From the NCBI GenBank assembly GCA_913058575.1, contig CAJXRF010000001.1, positions 39,056 to 103,055 on the forward strand: a DNA stretch of 64,000 bases, given 5' to 3'. Of this stretch, positions 36,749 through 45,222 are shown piece by piece (position 1 is the first letter of the stretch; every line of letters begins with the position of its first letter). A program made the translations under genes and the position numbers. The notes beneath the pieces were generated by a model. It was not told the origin of the DNA. It searched no databases and saw only the letters and a list, made by a program, of their open reading frames with translations. The DNA is from an uncultured Bermanella sp. (GTDB taxonomy: Bacteria > Pseudomonadota > Gammaproteobacteria > Pseudomonadales > Oceanobacteraceae).

Positions 36749-37550
36749 TTTTTTTCGGTTTTTTATTTAGCCTTAATATGGGTTCTAAGAGTGTATGTAC
36801 TTTTGACATTTCTCTAAATCGATCATTGTTGTTGTCAATAACAGGCTCGCCCAAAGAGTGTAGTGATATAATTGTTCTGGATATAATGTGGTGACGGTAG
36901 TAGGTTGATAAATGTGGCCGTTCTGAAACTACTTCACTAATAGAATTTGCAAAGAGTGTCGCTTGGTCAATCATAGCCATGTAAATAAGATTGGCTATTC
37001 CAGCTCTGTCATTTGCATCAAAGACCACTCTAATAATATCTTCGCTTGGAACAATGAAGTGACGTTGGCTATAAAAAGATTCAATGCAGCTTCTCAAGCT
37101 ATGTTTATTGGTATGTTGATCGTATATATCCTCAATTGAAATCATCTCTTGAAATTGTTTTGTGGCCATATCAATTATTTCTAAATCTAATTTTAGCATG
37201 TTATTTTTTGAATTAAGTAAAATGGCTTGGTTAGCCTTTGCAAGCTCTTCAGTCGAGTTCTTTAATTCGTTACTATTTATATTTATTATTTTTCTGTTTT
37301 GTATGATGGTATATAACAGAAATAATACGGTGATAAATGTTAGAAATGGATTCATTATCCCACCCATGAAATCCCCAAATCCTGCATAGTAGCTATGTAT
37401 ATCATTGTTATCTTGATGTGGTATGTATGTATAGACGGAATATAATCCTGTACCAATTGCTCCATAACATAATAAAATTAATAGGGCCATGAGTAAGAAA
37501 GATACGGATGTCTTATTGGTTTCGTCAGATTTAATTTTATCAGCGCTCAT
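36720..37550 (-). CDS. Membrane-anchored moron protein with the N-terminus seen in putative abortive-infection (AbiC-like) proteins
   Basis: TM, then GFGDFMGGIMNPFLTFITVLFLLYTI and ELKNSTEEL; AT-rich; convergent on the tail operon with a 29-bp overlap. Confidence 0.65.
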   Translation of the reverse strand: MSADKIKSDETNKTSVSFLLMALLILLCYGAIGTGLYSVYTYIPHQDNNDIHSYYAGFGDFMGGIMNPFLTFITVLFLLYTIIQNRKIININSNELKNSTEELAKANQAILLNSKNNMLKLDLEIIDMATKQFQEMISIEDIYDQHTNKHSLRSCIESFYSQRHFIVPSEDIIRVVFDANDRAGIANLIYMAMIDQATLFANSISEVVSERPHLSTYYRHHIISRTIISLHSLGEPVIDNNNDRFREMSKVHTLLEPILRLNKKPKKTTTTHQPQS

Positions 37551-37623
37551 TGTTTATATCTTAGTTTTTAGTGTGAATGATTAATGCTAATGCATCGTTA
37601 TGTATTGTTTGAATCAGGGATTT

Positions 37624-37938
37624 CTAGCCGCAAGAAGGGAGTACAAAAGAAAGAATTAACTCACTTTCACAATATTCAAAAACAGGGTTGGGAGTATCTA
37701 GCAATTGCTGAATGAAATACTTGTCTGTTAGTTCCTGTATTTCGCTGGCAGTAGTCAGGCTGTTAAATTCTGCTCGATGTTCAAATAAAGTCATAGCTTG
37801 AACTTCCAAATTCCATTTCTCATGCTGTAGCATTAAGTCCATTTCAGTTATTGACCACCACATGGCAGGGTAGACGCCAATAACAAATCCTAATATGTAA
37901 GGTGTGATTCGATCCCTCTTCACAACTTTGATAGTCAT
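37624..37938 (-). CDS. Hypothetical moron protein with one TM
   Basis: 104 aa, aaagga RBS. Confidence 0.55.
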   Translation of the reverse strand: MTIKVVKRDRITPYILGFVIGVYPAMWWSITEMDLMLQHEKWNLEVQAMTLFEHRAEFNSLTTASEIQELTDKYFIQQLLDTPNPVFEYCESELILSFVLPSCG

Positions 37939-38071
37939 GTAACATCCTTTTCGTTTTATCCATAAATCGAGTTATTTATTTAACCACATTACTCAGCGCC
38001 CGCCGAGTTTTAACCAGATAATCAGGTAGCTTCTGAAAATTCCCACTAGAAAAAAATTTTGCCAGAAAAAG

Positions 38072-38090
38072 TACTCATCCCCCCCACGCC
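38072..38090 (-). other. Candidate cos (cohesive end) site
   Basis: Minus strand GGCGTGGGGGGGATGAGTA matches 12 of the first 13 nt of the phage 186 cos as I recall it (GGCGTGGCGGGGAAAGCAT); sits between tail genes and att, as in HP1. Confidence 0.55.
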
Positions 38091-38481
38091 TGCGGTGCTT
38101 TTCGTTCACTTTTGTGAAACTTGGGGTGTGATGAAACAAGGGGTCTAGGCCCCATAGATACTGGGGGTTGTGGCCTAATGTGCATTTGCACAGTGTGAAG
38201 ACTATTGAAATATGATGAAGGGGTAGTGAAATAGTTTTTTAGTCTGTCTGAAGGCTTACAGGCTACGCAAATCGTGGGTTTGACCATGATTTTGTTTTTT
38301 GGGGTAGGTAAATTTAACTGATATTGCTTTAGGGCTGTAATTTAATGCGCCCCTTTTGTTTGCTGGAGTTAGCTATGTTCTTGGTAGTTTCACAGAAGTT
38401 GAATGATGGGTGACGGCTTAAGAGTGGCTAAAGTCATATTTTTGAGATTTTATTTTTATTCGTGTACAAAAAACGTTCAAA

Positions 38482-38844
38482 TTAGTGGGCTTTGGTTCTG
38501 GTGCAGATGTATCTTCGATTGAGTCCTCTTTCAAAAAGTCTGGCGTCTCTTTGGCAAAGTTTGAATGGGTGGCTAACGAGTTCGTTTTCTCGGTAGGTGC
38601 CAACTTGATTGCCTTCACTCGGTGGGTATACATATAACCAAGCCTTAACGTTCACCTCGTACTTTGCTTCTATCTTTTTTGGTGGCTGCTCAGTTTTAGG
38701 GTTGACTAGCACGGCAGAAAATATGCCTATTGTGAATGAGATAAGTAAGAGAGTGCTTAGGATGTTGTTCAAAATGATCTCAAAAAGGCTGATCGATGTG
38801 ACACTAAATGTGACACTTTTAGGGTCTGTGACACTGTGTGACAC
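38482..38844 (-). CDS. Hypothetical protein with one TM; start uncertain
   Basis: 120-aa ORF whose annotated start lies inside the arm repeats. Confidence 0.35.
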   Translation of the reverse strand: MSHSVTDPKSVTFSVTSISLFEIILNNILSTLLLISFTIGIFSAVLVNPKTEQPPKKIEAKYEVNVKAWLYVYPPSEGNQVGTYRENELVSHPFKLCQRDARLFERGLNRRYICTRTKAH

Positions 38845-38845
38845 T
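38797..38845 (+). promoter_or_regulatory. Four TGTGACACT direct repeats; candidate integrase arm-binding sites
   Basis: Copies at 38797, 38809, 38827 and 38837; the first pair has the same 12-bp spacing and trailing ttt(a/g)gggtct as the left pair. Confidence 0.78.
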
Positions 38846-38895
38846 ACTTTTAAGAGAGTCTTTTATTGGCTTGAAACCCGCATGAGTACTAGGTT

Positions 38896-38947
38896 AAAGA
38901 TGGTCTCCCCACCAGGACTCGAACCTGGAGCAGCCGCTTAGGAGGCG
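38896..38947. repeat. Right att core (52 bp), overlapping the intact tRNA
   Basis: Identical to 4088-4139. Confidence 0.97.
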
Positions 38948-38976
38948 GCAGTTTTATCCGGTTAAACTATGGAGAG
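38901..38976 (-). tRNA. tRNA-Arg, anticodon CCT
   Basis: CTCTCCA TA GTTT AACCGGATA AAAC T GCCGC CTCCTAA GCGGC TGCT CCAGG TTCGAGT CCTGG TGGGGAG A CCA folds as a 76-nt cloverleaf. Confidence 0.97.
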
Positions 38977-39099
38977 ATGGCCGCATCATACCTAAAAAAT
39001 TCAATAAAGTCATGAACTTGCACTTGTTGCATGGGTCTTAGCTCGCTAAGGTTAAGCAAGTTACGGGCAATGTCCCATATTCAATGTGAGTTCTGATTT

Positions 39100-40056
39100 A
39101 TGCTCGATACCAAACCGCTATTAATTGCCCGCGAATTTCCCCCGTTAAAACGTGCTGATTTACAGGTATTGCAGGTTAATTTGGGCTATTTATGCAACTT
39201 ATCTTGCACTCATTGCCACGTTAACGCAGGCCCGAAACGTACCGAGTTAATGGATAAAGCCACCGTAGACATGGTGCTCGAAGTGATTAGGTGCCGAAAT
39301 GTAAAAACGTTGGATTTAACCGGTGGCGCCCCTGAAATGAATCCGCATTTTCGGTATTTGGTAAGCGCCGCGCGAAAATTAGGAGTAGAAGTGATTGATC
39401 GCTGTAATCTTACTATTCTAAACGAGCCTGATTTTGAAGATTTAGCGCAATTTTTAGCCAATGAAAAGGTCACCGTGGCGGCCTCATTACCTTGTTACAC
39501 TCAGGATAATGTTGATAAGCAGCGTGGCAAGGGCGTGTTTGACGGCAGTATTGAAGGTTTGTTTAAACTCAATAAGTTAGGGTATGGAAAGCCAGGCACT
39601 GAGCTTAGTTTGGATCTCGTATATAACCCAGGTGGTGCGTCGTTGCCGCCGGCCCAAGCCTCGTTACAGCAAGATTATAAAAAGCGTTTAATGGATGATT
39701 GGGGCATAGAGTTTAATGAGCTGCATACCATTACCAATATGCCTATCTCACGTTTTGGCAGTATGCTTATTTCCAAAGGTGAGTTCCATAATTACATGCA
39801 GCTATTGATTGATAATTACCAGTCTCAGAATTTAAAAACCGTCATGTGTCGTACCACCGTCAGTGTGGATTATTTAGGCAATCTTTATGATTGTGATTTT
39901 AATCAAATGTTAGAGATGCACATTGAAAAAGACCAACAACCTCGCCATATTTCAGATTTGCTTGAATCTGATTTAAAAGGTGATGATATTGTGGTGGCGG
40001 GTCATTGTTTTGGTTGTACCGCAGGGCAGGGCAGTTCTTGTGGTGGTGCATTATAA
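39100..40056 (+). CDS. arsS: Radical SAM protein, ArsS-like (arsenosugar-associated family)
   Basis: CNLSCTHC (CxxxCxxC), DLTGGAPEMNP, YDCDFNQML, C-terminal HCFGCTAGQGSSCGG. Confidence 0.88.
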   Translation: MLDTKPLLIAREFPPLKRADLQVLQVNLGYLCNLSCTHCHVNAGPKRTELMDKATVDMVLEVIRCRNVKTLDLTGGAPEMNPHFRYLVSAARKLGVEVIDRCNLTILNEPDFEDLAQFLANEKVTVAASLPCYTQDNVDKQRGKGVFDGSIEGLFKLNKLGYGKPGTELSLDLVYNPGGASLPPAQASLQQDYKKRLMDDWGIEFNELHTITNMPISRFGSMLISKGEFHNYMQLLIDNYQSQNLKTVMCRTTVSVDYLGNLYDCDFNQMLEMHIEKDQQPRHISDLLESDLKGDDIVVAGHCFGCTAGQGSSCGGAL

Positions 40057-40100
40057 TTGTATTTACAGTTTGTTAAATTTTAGAAATAGGTGGCAATTAA

Positions 40101-40784
40101 ATGGGTGCGTTTAATATCTCAATCATTGTGCCTATTTACAATGAAGCGGCGCAAGTAGATCGCTTAGCCAATCGTTTACGCTTATTAAAAGACGACTGGG
40201 TAAAAGAGATTATTATTGTTGATGGTGGCAGCACCGATGGTTGTACAGAACTACTAAAAAAAGAATTTACAGTCTTGCAAGGGCCAAAAGGCCGTGCGGC
40301 TCAAATGAATTTTGGGGCTCAGCAGGCGAGTGGAAGTTGGTTGTTGTTTTTACATGCCGACACCCATTTAGACAGCCACCATATTAAGCACGCCATGGGA
40401 GAAGGGGCGTTGTATCAGTGGGGGCGTTTTAATGTACGCCTAAGCGGTCAGCACCTTATGTTTCGAGTGATAGAGTGGTTTATTAACTGGCGCTCTCGTA
40501 TTACCAGTGTGGCCACGGGTGATCAGTGTTTGTTTATTCGTAAGAAATTATTTAGTGAAATAAGTGGTTTTGCCAATATTCCATTAATGGAAGATGTTGA
40601 AATTTGTAAGCGTATGCGAAAACGTCATAAGCCTAAGAACATCTTAACGCCTGTAACCACCTCTAGTCGCAGGTGGCACCATGGGGGCATTTTTAAAACT
40701 GTTTTTCTCATGTGGAAGATTCGTTTTTTATATTGGCGAGGCGTTTCCCCTGAAAAATTATTGGTTTTATATAAAAGCAACTAA
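40101..40784 (+). CDS. GT2 glycosyltransferase, TIGR04283-like
   Basis: IIVDGGSTD, GRAAQMNFGA, FLHADT, ATGDQCLF, PLMEDVE, TSSRRW. Confidence 0.9.
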   Translation: MGAFNISIIVPIYNEAAQVDRLANRLRLLKDDWVKEIIIVDGGSTDGCTELLKKEFTVLQGPKGRAAQMNFGAQQASGSWLLFLHADTHLDSHHIKHAMGEGALYQWGRFNVRLSGQHLMFRVIEWFINWRSRITSVATGDQCLFIRKKLFSEISGFANIPLMEDVEICKRMRKRHKPKNILTPVTTSSRRWHHGGIFKTVFLMWKIRFLYWRGVSPEKLLVLYKSN

Positions 40785-40842
40785 ATTACTATATATTGTG
40801 AGTTTGGTGCTTAATCATTCTGCTGGATAAAAAATAAGCGTT

Positions 40843-41463
40843 ATGAAATTAGATTGCATTGTTATTCAGTTTGCTAAATTCCCTCGTGTTGGCGGCGTTA
40901 AAACTCGTTTAAAACCCCTTTTAGGCGATGACGGTTGTTATCAGTTACATCAACAGCTTGTTAAGCGCGTAAATGAAAACCTATCTGAAAGTGATTTTTT
41001 TAATGTGTTAGCGGTTGATCAACTGGGTGATCAACCGCTCATTAATGAGTTGGCCAAATCAAGCTGTTTATTATTACAAGAGGGTGAAGACCTTGGTGAA
41101 CGCATGAAAAACGCCATGTACTGGGGGTTAAAACGGGCTGAAAAAGTCATTATTGTTGGCAGTGATTGCCCGCTTATCAATACATCTCATTTGAATTTGG
41201 TAGCAGAAAAGTTAAATGATAATAGCCATGTTTTTATTCCAGCTGAGGATGGTGGTTACGTGTTGATTGCTTGTACGAATGTGGTACCTGAAATTTATCA
41301 AGGCGTTTCATGGGGGACAGAAAAGGTCATGCAGCAAACTCGCGAAAAATTAGAACAGGCTAAGCAAGAAACGTATTATTGTGAATCATTATGGGATGTA
41401 GATAGACCAGAGGATTATAAGAGACTTATGGAGGTGTTTACCCATTGGCCAAATGACGAATAA
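40843..41463 (+). CDS. TIGR04282-like glycosyltransferase/nucleotidyltransferase (DUF2064)
   Basis: FAKFPRVGGVKTRL, QEGEDLGERM, GSDCP, PAEDGGYVLI, WDVDRPEDY. Confidence 0.9.
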   Translation: MKLDCIVIQFAKFPRVGGVKTRLKPLLGDDGCYQLHQQLVKRVNENLSESDFFNVLAVDQLGDQPLINELAKSSCLLLQEGEDLGERMKNAMYWGLKRAEKVIIVGSDCPLINTSHLNLVAEKLNDNSHVFIPAEDGGYVLIACTNVVPEIYQGVSWGTEKVMQQTREKLEQAKQETYYCESLWDVDRPEDYKRLMEVFTHWPNDE

Positions 41464-41497
41464 AAGCTAGCAGCCTTTTGACTGGTCAATATCAGCT

Positions 41498-42304
41498 TCA
41501 CTCTTGGTCTTGTGTTTGATCTTGCGTTATATCGGGTTCAGACTTTTTTTGAAGGTTTGCTCTTTTTTTATCCTCTAAATCTTTAGCGGCTATTTGTTTT
41601 CTTTGTTCTTCAAATTGAAGAGTGTTCACTAGTTGCTCTACATATCTTTGTTTCATGCCAGTAAGAGGGTGAAATGAAAAGCCACAAATGGTTTGATTCT
41701 TTTCTTCGTTAAAAAAGGCATGCTTGGCATCTAACCCGCAATCCATAGATTCATCGCCTACGTGTAACGTGCTTTCATCAAAAATTTCAATGTCCTTTAG
41801 TTCTTTACGAATATCGCCTTTAAAATAGGCCTTAAAGCCACTGCCAGAAATATCTTGTAAGCGCCCTTTAAAAACTGCTTCAGAAGTGCTTGACCTGAAG
41901 ACGGTGTGTACTGAATAGGTTCTGGGCACCATGGCTCGATAAGCATCACGGCGTTGTAAATACAAAAGCTTAGAAGGGAATTTACAAATGTATTCTTGGT
42001 TTTGCTCACGGTATTTGAGCTTCCCCTCAATATGAAAGCGCACTAATATGCCACGGAAGTCGGCAATGAGTTCCAGTTTTTTACCTTGGCGTAATATGGT
42101 GTTGCCATTATCGGGGATAAGCTTGTCGAAAGCGAAGGCCCTAGATTTTAAATCTACTTTTGTAATGGCGGTCGCGAAGGCCTGATCGTCTATGCCATCA
42201 AATCGGGCAGTAAGCCTTGGGGCATAACGAATAAGACGTTGAATAGCCCTGTATATTTCTTCTGGGCTTTCTAGGTAGTTTTCTTCTTGATTGACTTCTT
42301 CCAT
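41498..42304 (-). CDS. ycgR: Flagellar brake protein (YcgR-N plus PilZ)
   Basis: QRRDAYR (RxxxR) and DISGSG (DxSxxG) c-di-GMP motifs. Confidence 0.88.
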   Translation of the reverse strand: MEEVNQEENYLESPEEIYRAIQRLIRYAPRLTARFDGIDDQAFATAITKVDLKSRAFAFDKLIPDNGNTILRQGKKLELIADFRGILVRFHIEGKLKYREQNQEYICKFPSKLLYLQRRDAYRAMVPRTYSVHTVFRSSTSEAVFKGRLQDISGSGFKAYFKGDIRKELKDIEIFDESTLHVGDESMDCGLDAKHAFFNEEKNQTICGFSFHPLTGMKQRYVEQLVNTLQFEEQRKQIAAKDLEDKKRANLQKKSEPDITQDQTQDQE

Positions 42305-42369
42305 ATACCAATCTAATTTTCTGGCGTAGATTAATTACAGCATTATTAAACTCATTCTAGTTAAGACAC

Positions 42370-42855
42370 CTAAGCTTCACCGATGGTCTTAGAGTTTAAG
42401 TGTCCCTGTGCTGCACCGCTTTCATTATATAAGTTTGGCTGATTTTTATTGCCATGCAAGATATTCAGTAAATTACGGTTTCTGAGTTGGCTGTGATGGA
42501 TGATTAGGCCGTTTCGTTCGTTTTCACGAAGAAGGATTTGAAAGTCTTCTTTAAGCTTTTGCCACTGCTGGGTAAGTGGTTCCTGATGATCATCGGGTAG
42601 GCTTGATAGTAATAGAGTCAAACCCTGTTCGGACGCTTCTTGTTTTTGCGTGGACAGAAAACGCAACCGAGTATTCACTTGTTTCGAAAAGGTATTAAGT
42701 AACCTTTTTTTATGCGATGCACTGCTTTCAATGGTTTTAATGTCATGATGGCTTAAGGCCACGGATTCTTGTTTCAGAACCTGCTTTAACTGATCGACCG
42801 TAGATTGCTCTTGGCTTAGTATTTCAGCCAACTTAGCGACCAATGTATCAGACAT
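42370..42855 (-). CDS. flgN: Flagellar export chaperone FlgN
   Basis: NERNGLII...LLNILHG...LYNESG; downstream of flgM; track start is 42885. Confidence 0.88.
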   Translation of the reverse strand: MSDTLVAKLAEILSQEQSTVDQLKQVLKQESVALSHHDIKTIESSASHKKRLLNTFSKQVNTRLRFLSTQKQEASEQGLTLLLSSLPDDHQEPLTQQWQKLKEDFQILLRENERNGLIIHHSQLRNRNLLNILHGNKNQPNLYNESGAAQGHLNSKTIGEA

Positions 42856-42868
42856 AAAAAATCCTTTT

Positions 42869-43168
42869 TTAGTTGAGCAGCCCATCGTATTTGATCATTT
42901 TGCCAGCTAGGCGTTCATAATCAATTTTGTATTCGTTATTCGCCAGTGCACCCTTAATGCGCTCAACTGCGGCATCGTCTATATCTGGTAATTTGGCCAC
43001 TTCGGCTTCAATTTGCCTAATGGATTTACTCTGGTGACTGATTTTAACATCAGAGCTATTGGTGCTTTCTGCTTTAGGGGTGGGCCCAGAGCCTGCACCA
43101 GATACCTTGTCGGTATTACGGGCTTGCCCGCCACCACCGATACCGGTAGTGATTTTGTTTATGTTCAT
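42869..43168 (-). CDS. flgM: Anti-sigma-28 factor FlgM
   Basis: DVKISHQS, PDIDDAAVERIKGALANNEYKIDYERLAGKM. Confidence 0.92.
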   Translation of the reverse strand: MNINKITTGIGGGGQARNTDKVSGAGSGPTPKAESTNSSDVKISHQSKSIRQIEAEVAKLPDIDDAAVERIKGALANNEYKIDYERLAGKMIKYDGLLN

Positions 43169-43209
43169 TTTAGTTACCTTCCACGCAAATTAGACTTCCT
43201 CGTAGACCT

Positions 43210-43236
43210 ATAACGGCAGAGCTTCACCAGTCTTGA
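43210..43236 (-). promoter_or_regulatory. Sigma-28 promoter for flgM
   Basis: Minus strand TCAAG-N14-GCCGTTAT. Confidence 0.72.
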
Positions 43237-43287
43237 GGTTTTTTCGTCATTTTTTTCATATTATTTCAAAATTAGGCTAAATAAGCC

Positions 43288-43995
43288 CTAAAACTGCACT
43301 TCCACAAGGCCTACCGCCACGACGGTGGCTTTAATAATTCGCTGCGACCGATTGTTCTTAACTCGTATCTGGCGCCCTTCGCGGCCATCGTTTAAGGCTT
43401 CTCCGGGCATTTTGACGCTCATGGCCCCCTTTGAGGCGCTAATAATCACTTCATCTCCTTTGCGAATCATAAGCGCGGGTAAAATGATGTGGCTATTGAG
43501 CACGGTTAACCCCTGTAAAGAACGTTTAGTTTGTTTGCCAATGACTTGCTCTTTCTTTAAGTAATAACCATTGCGTAAACCTGCCAGATTTTGCATCTGA
43601 TAATCAAGGTGGCTTTCTTTTAAAGACAGACCCTTAGGAATCGGTTGGTTTAATACCACCACCTGAGTCATTAGGTTGATATCTACTGGAACATTTAGTG
43701 CCCATTGCTTGCCGGTTTTGCAGGCCACTTTGACATGATTACGGCCAAGTTTAAGTGGTTGTGGTGGCGTTAACGTTAAGGGCTCTGAACAGAGAGAAAG
43801 GTTGAGTCTAGAATCGAGGTAACTGATATTAATATGGGGTTGAAAGTCCAGTAGGTTCATATTTTGGGCCATTAACTCCACTTCTTGGCCCAGTTGAGTT
43901 TGAAGCGTCTCTTGCAATTGTTCGTGCCAGCTTTGTGCGTGACTAAAGCTAGAAGCTTGTAAAATGAGTAAAACGATAAAAACTCTGTTAATCAC
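43288..43995 (-). CDS. flgA: P-ring formation chaperone FlgA
   Basis: LDSRLNLSLC, IRKGDEVII, PGEALNDGREGRQIRVKNNRSQRII. Confidence 0.93.
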   Translation of the reverse strand: MINRVFIVLLILQASSFSHAQSWHEQLQETLQTQLGQEVELMAQNMNLLDFQPHINISYLDSRLNLSLCSEPLTLTPPQPLKLGRNHVKVACKTGKQWALNVPVDINLMTQVVVLNQPIPKGLSLKESHLDYQMQNLAGLRNGYYLKKEQVIGKQTKRSLQGLTVLNSHIILPALMIRKGDEVIISASKGAMSVKMPGEALNDGREGRQIRVKNNRSQRIIKATVVAVGLVEVQF

Positions 43996-44095
43996 TTAAA
44001 TTTGTCCTATTCTCAATTAGAGAAATAACTAATTTTCAGATGCGATGCCATGAAAATGGCGATTTTGTTCGTGTCTTTGAGCTTTAATACACACT

Positions 44096-44111
44096 TGCAA
44101 AGGGTATGCCG
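44096..44111 (-). promoter_or_regulatory. Sigma-54 promoter for flgA
   Basis: Minus strand CGGCAT-ACCCT-TTGCA (-24/-12). Confidence 0.65.
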
Positions 44112-44193
44112 TAAGTGTTGGTAGCTGTTTGAATTTGGGCAATCCAAAATGGATTAATATTTTCTTTAAATGCCTAAGTAATGGAGTGGTTGT

Positions 44194-45129
44194 ATGGCAG
44201 GGTTAATGGAGACCGTTGACCAACGAACGCAGTTGGTGGGTGAAAACCGACTCGAACTTTTGCTGTTTCGTTTGAATGGTCCGCAGGTGTACGGCATTAA
44301 TGTGTTTAAAGTAAAAGAAGTTTTACAGTGCCCACAGTTAACAATATTTCCTAAAAGCCATCATGTGGTGGTAGGTGTGGCACATATTCGAACAGGTACT
44401 ATTCCTATTATGGATATGGGGCTGGCCACCGGTAGCATTCCTGTGGGAGAACCGAAAGAATGCTTTGTTATCATTACTGAATACAACATGGCCACTCAGG
44501 GCTTTTTAGTTACTGGAGTGGAACGTATTGTGAATATGAATTGGGAAGAAATTCATCCGCCACCAAAGGGCACGGGGCGTGAACACTATTTAACGGCTGT
44601 CACCGAGGTGGAAGGCAGTTTAGTGGAAATTATTGATGTTGAGAAAATTCTAGCGGAAGTGTCTCCTAGTAAAGAAGATATTTCTGAGGATATTTTAGAA
44701 ACTGCACGGGCCGATGCTCCTGATGAAAAACCTAAAGTGCTTATCGCAGACGATTCTAAAATTGCCCGCAAGCAAGTGGCTAAATGCTTAGAGGCATTGG
44801 GCGTTGAAGTGACAGCCATGTGCGATGGTCGCGAAGCGCTAGAGCACCTACAGGAAATGGCCAGTTCAGGAACGAACCCTTCTGAGTATTACGCCATGAT
44901 GATTTCAGATATTGAAATGCCTGAAATGGACGGCTATACCCTAACCACCACCGTGCGCTCTGACCCAAATCTTAGGGGAATGCATATTATTTTACACACT
45001 TCACTAAGCGGGGTGTTTAATCAAAATATGGTTCAAAAAGTTGGGGCAGATGACTTTATTGCAAAATTTAACCCTGATGTTTTGGCCTCTAAAGTGGCTG
45101 AGAGAATTCAAGTTGTAAAAACGCAGTAA
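44194..45129 (+). CDS. cheV: Chemotaxis protein CheV
   Basis: ENRLELLLFRL, YGINVFKVKEV (CheW domain) plus receiver domain (DDS, SDIEMPEMDG, FIAKF). Confidence 0.96.
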   Translation: MAGLMETVDQRTQLVGENRLELLLFRLNGPQVYGINVFKVKEVLQCPQLTIFPKSHHVVVGVAHIRTGTIPIMDMGLATGSIPVGEPKECFVIITEYNMATQGFLVTGVERIVNMNWEEIHPPPKGTGREHYLTAVTEVEGSLVEIIDVEKILAEVSPSKEDISEDILETARADAPDEKPKVLIADDSKIARKQVAKCLEALGVEVTAMCDGREALEHLQEMASSGTNPSEYYAMMISDIEMPEMDGYTLTTTVRSDPNLRGMHIILHTSLSGVFNQNMVQKVGADDFIAKFNPDVLASKVAERIQVVKTQ

Positions 45130-45222
45130 CCTTCATTGTTTAGAAAACGTAAAGTATTTGCTTTTCAAAGGGTATGCCGACCCTTTTTTATTAATGAAAA
45201 ATAGAATGTAAGGTGTGGTTGA

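Larger units (their letters stand above)
4088..38947. mobile_element. P2-related (HP1/K139-like) temperate prophage, apparently complete, ~34.9 kb
   Basis: att direct repeats, tyrosine integrase, cI/AlpA switch, gpA replicase, ogr, portal, terminase, O, N, M, L, sheath, tube, tape measure, baseplate and fibre genes, all with open frames. Confidence 0.97.

Noticed and set aside
4198-38845. TGTGACACT repeats as CRISPR, iterons or invertase sites
   Set aside because: Too short, no unique spacers, no cas or invertase gene; their position flanking att fits integrase arm sites.
38609-38941. 110-aa plus-strand ORF
   Set aside because: Runs through the arm repeats and antisense into the tRNA; its end is a translation of tRNA sequence.
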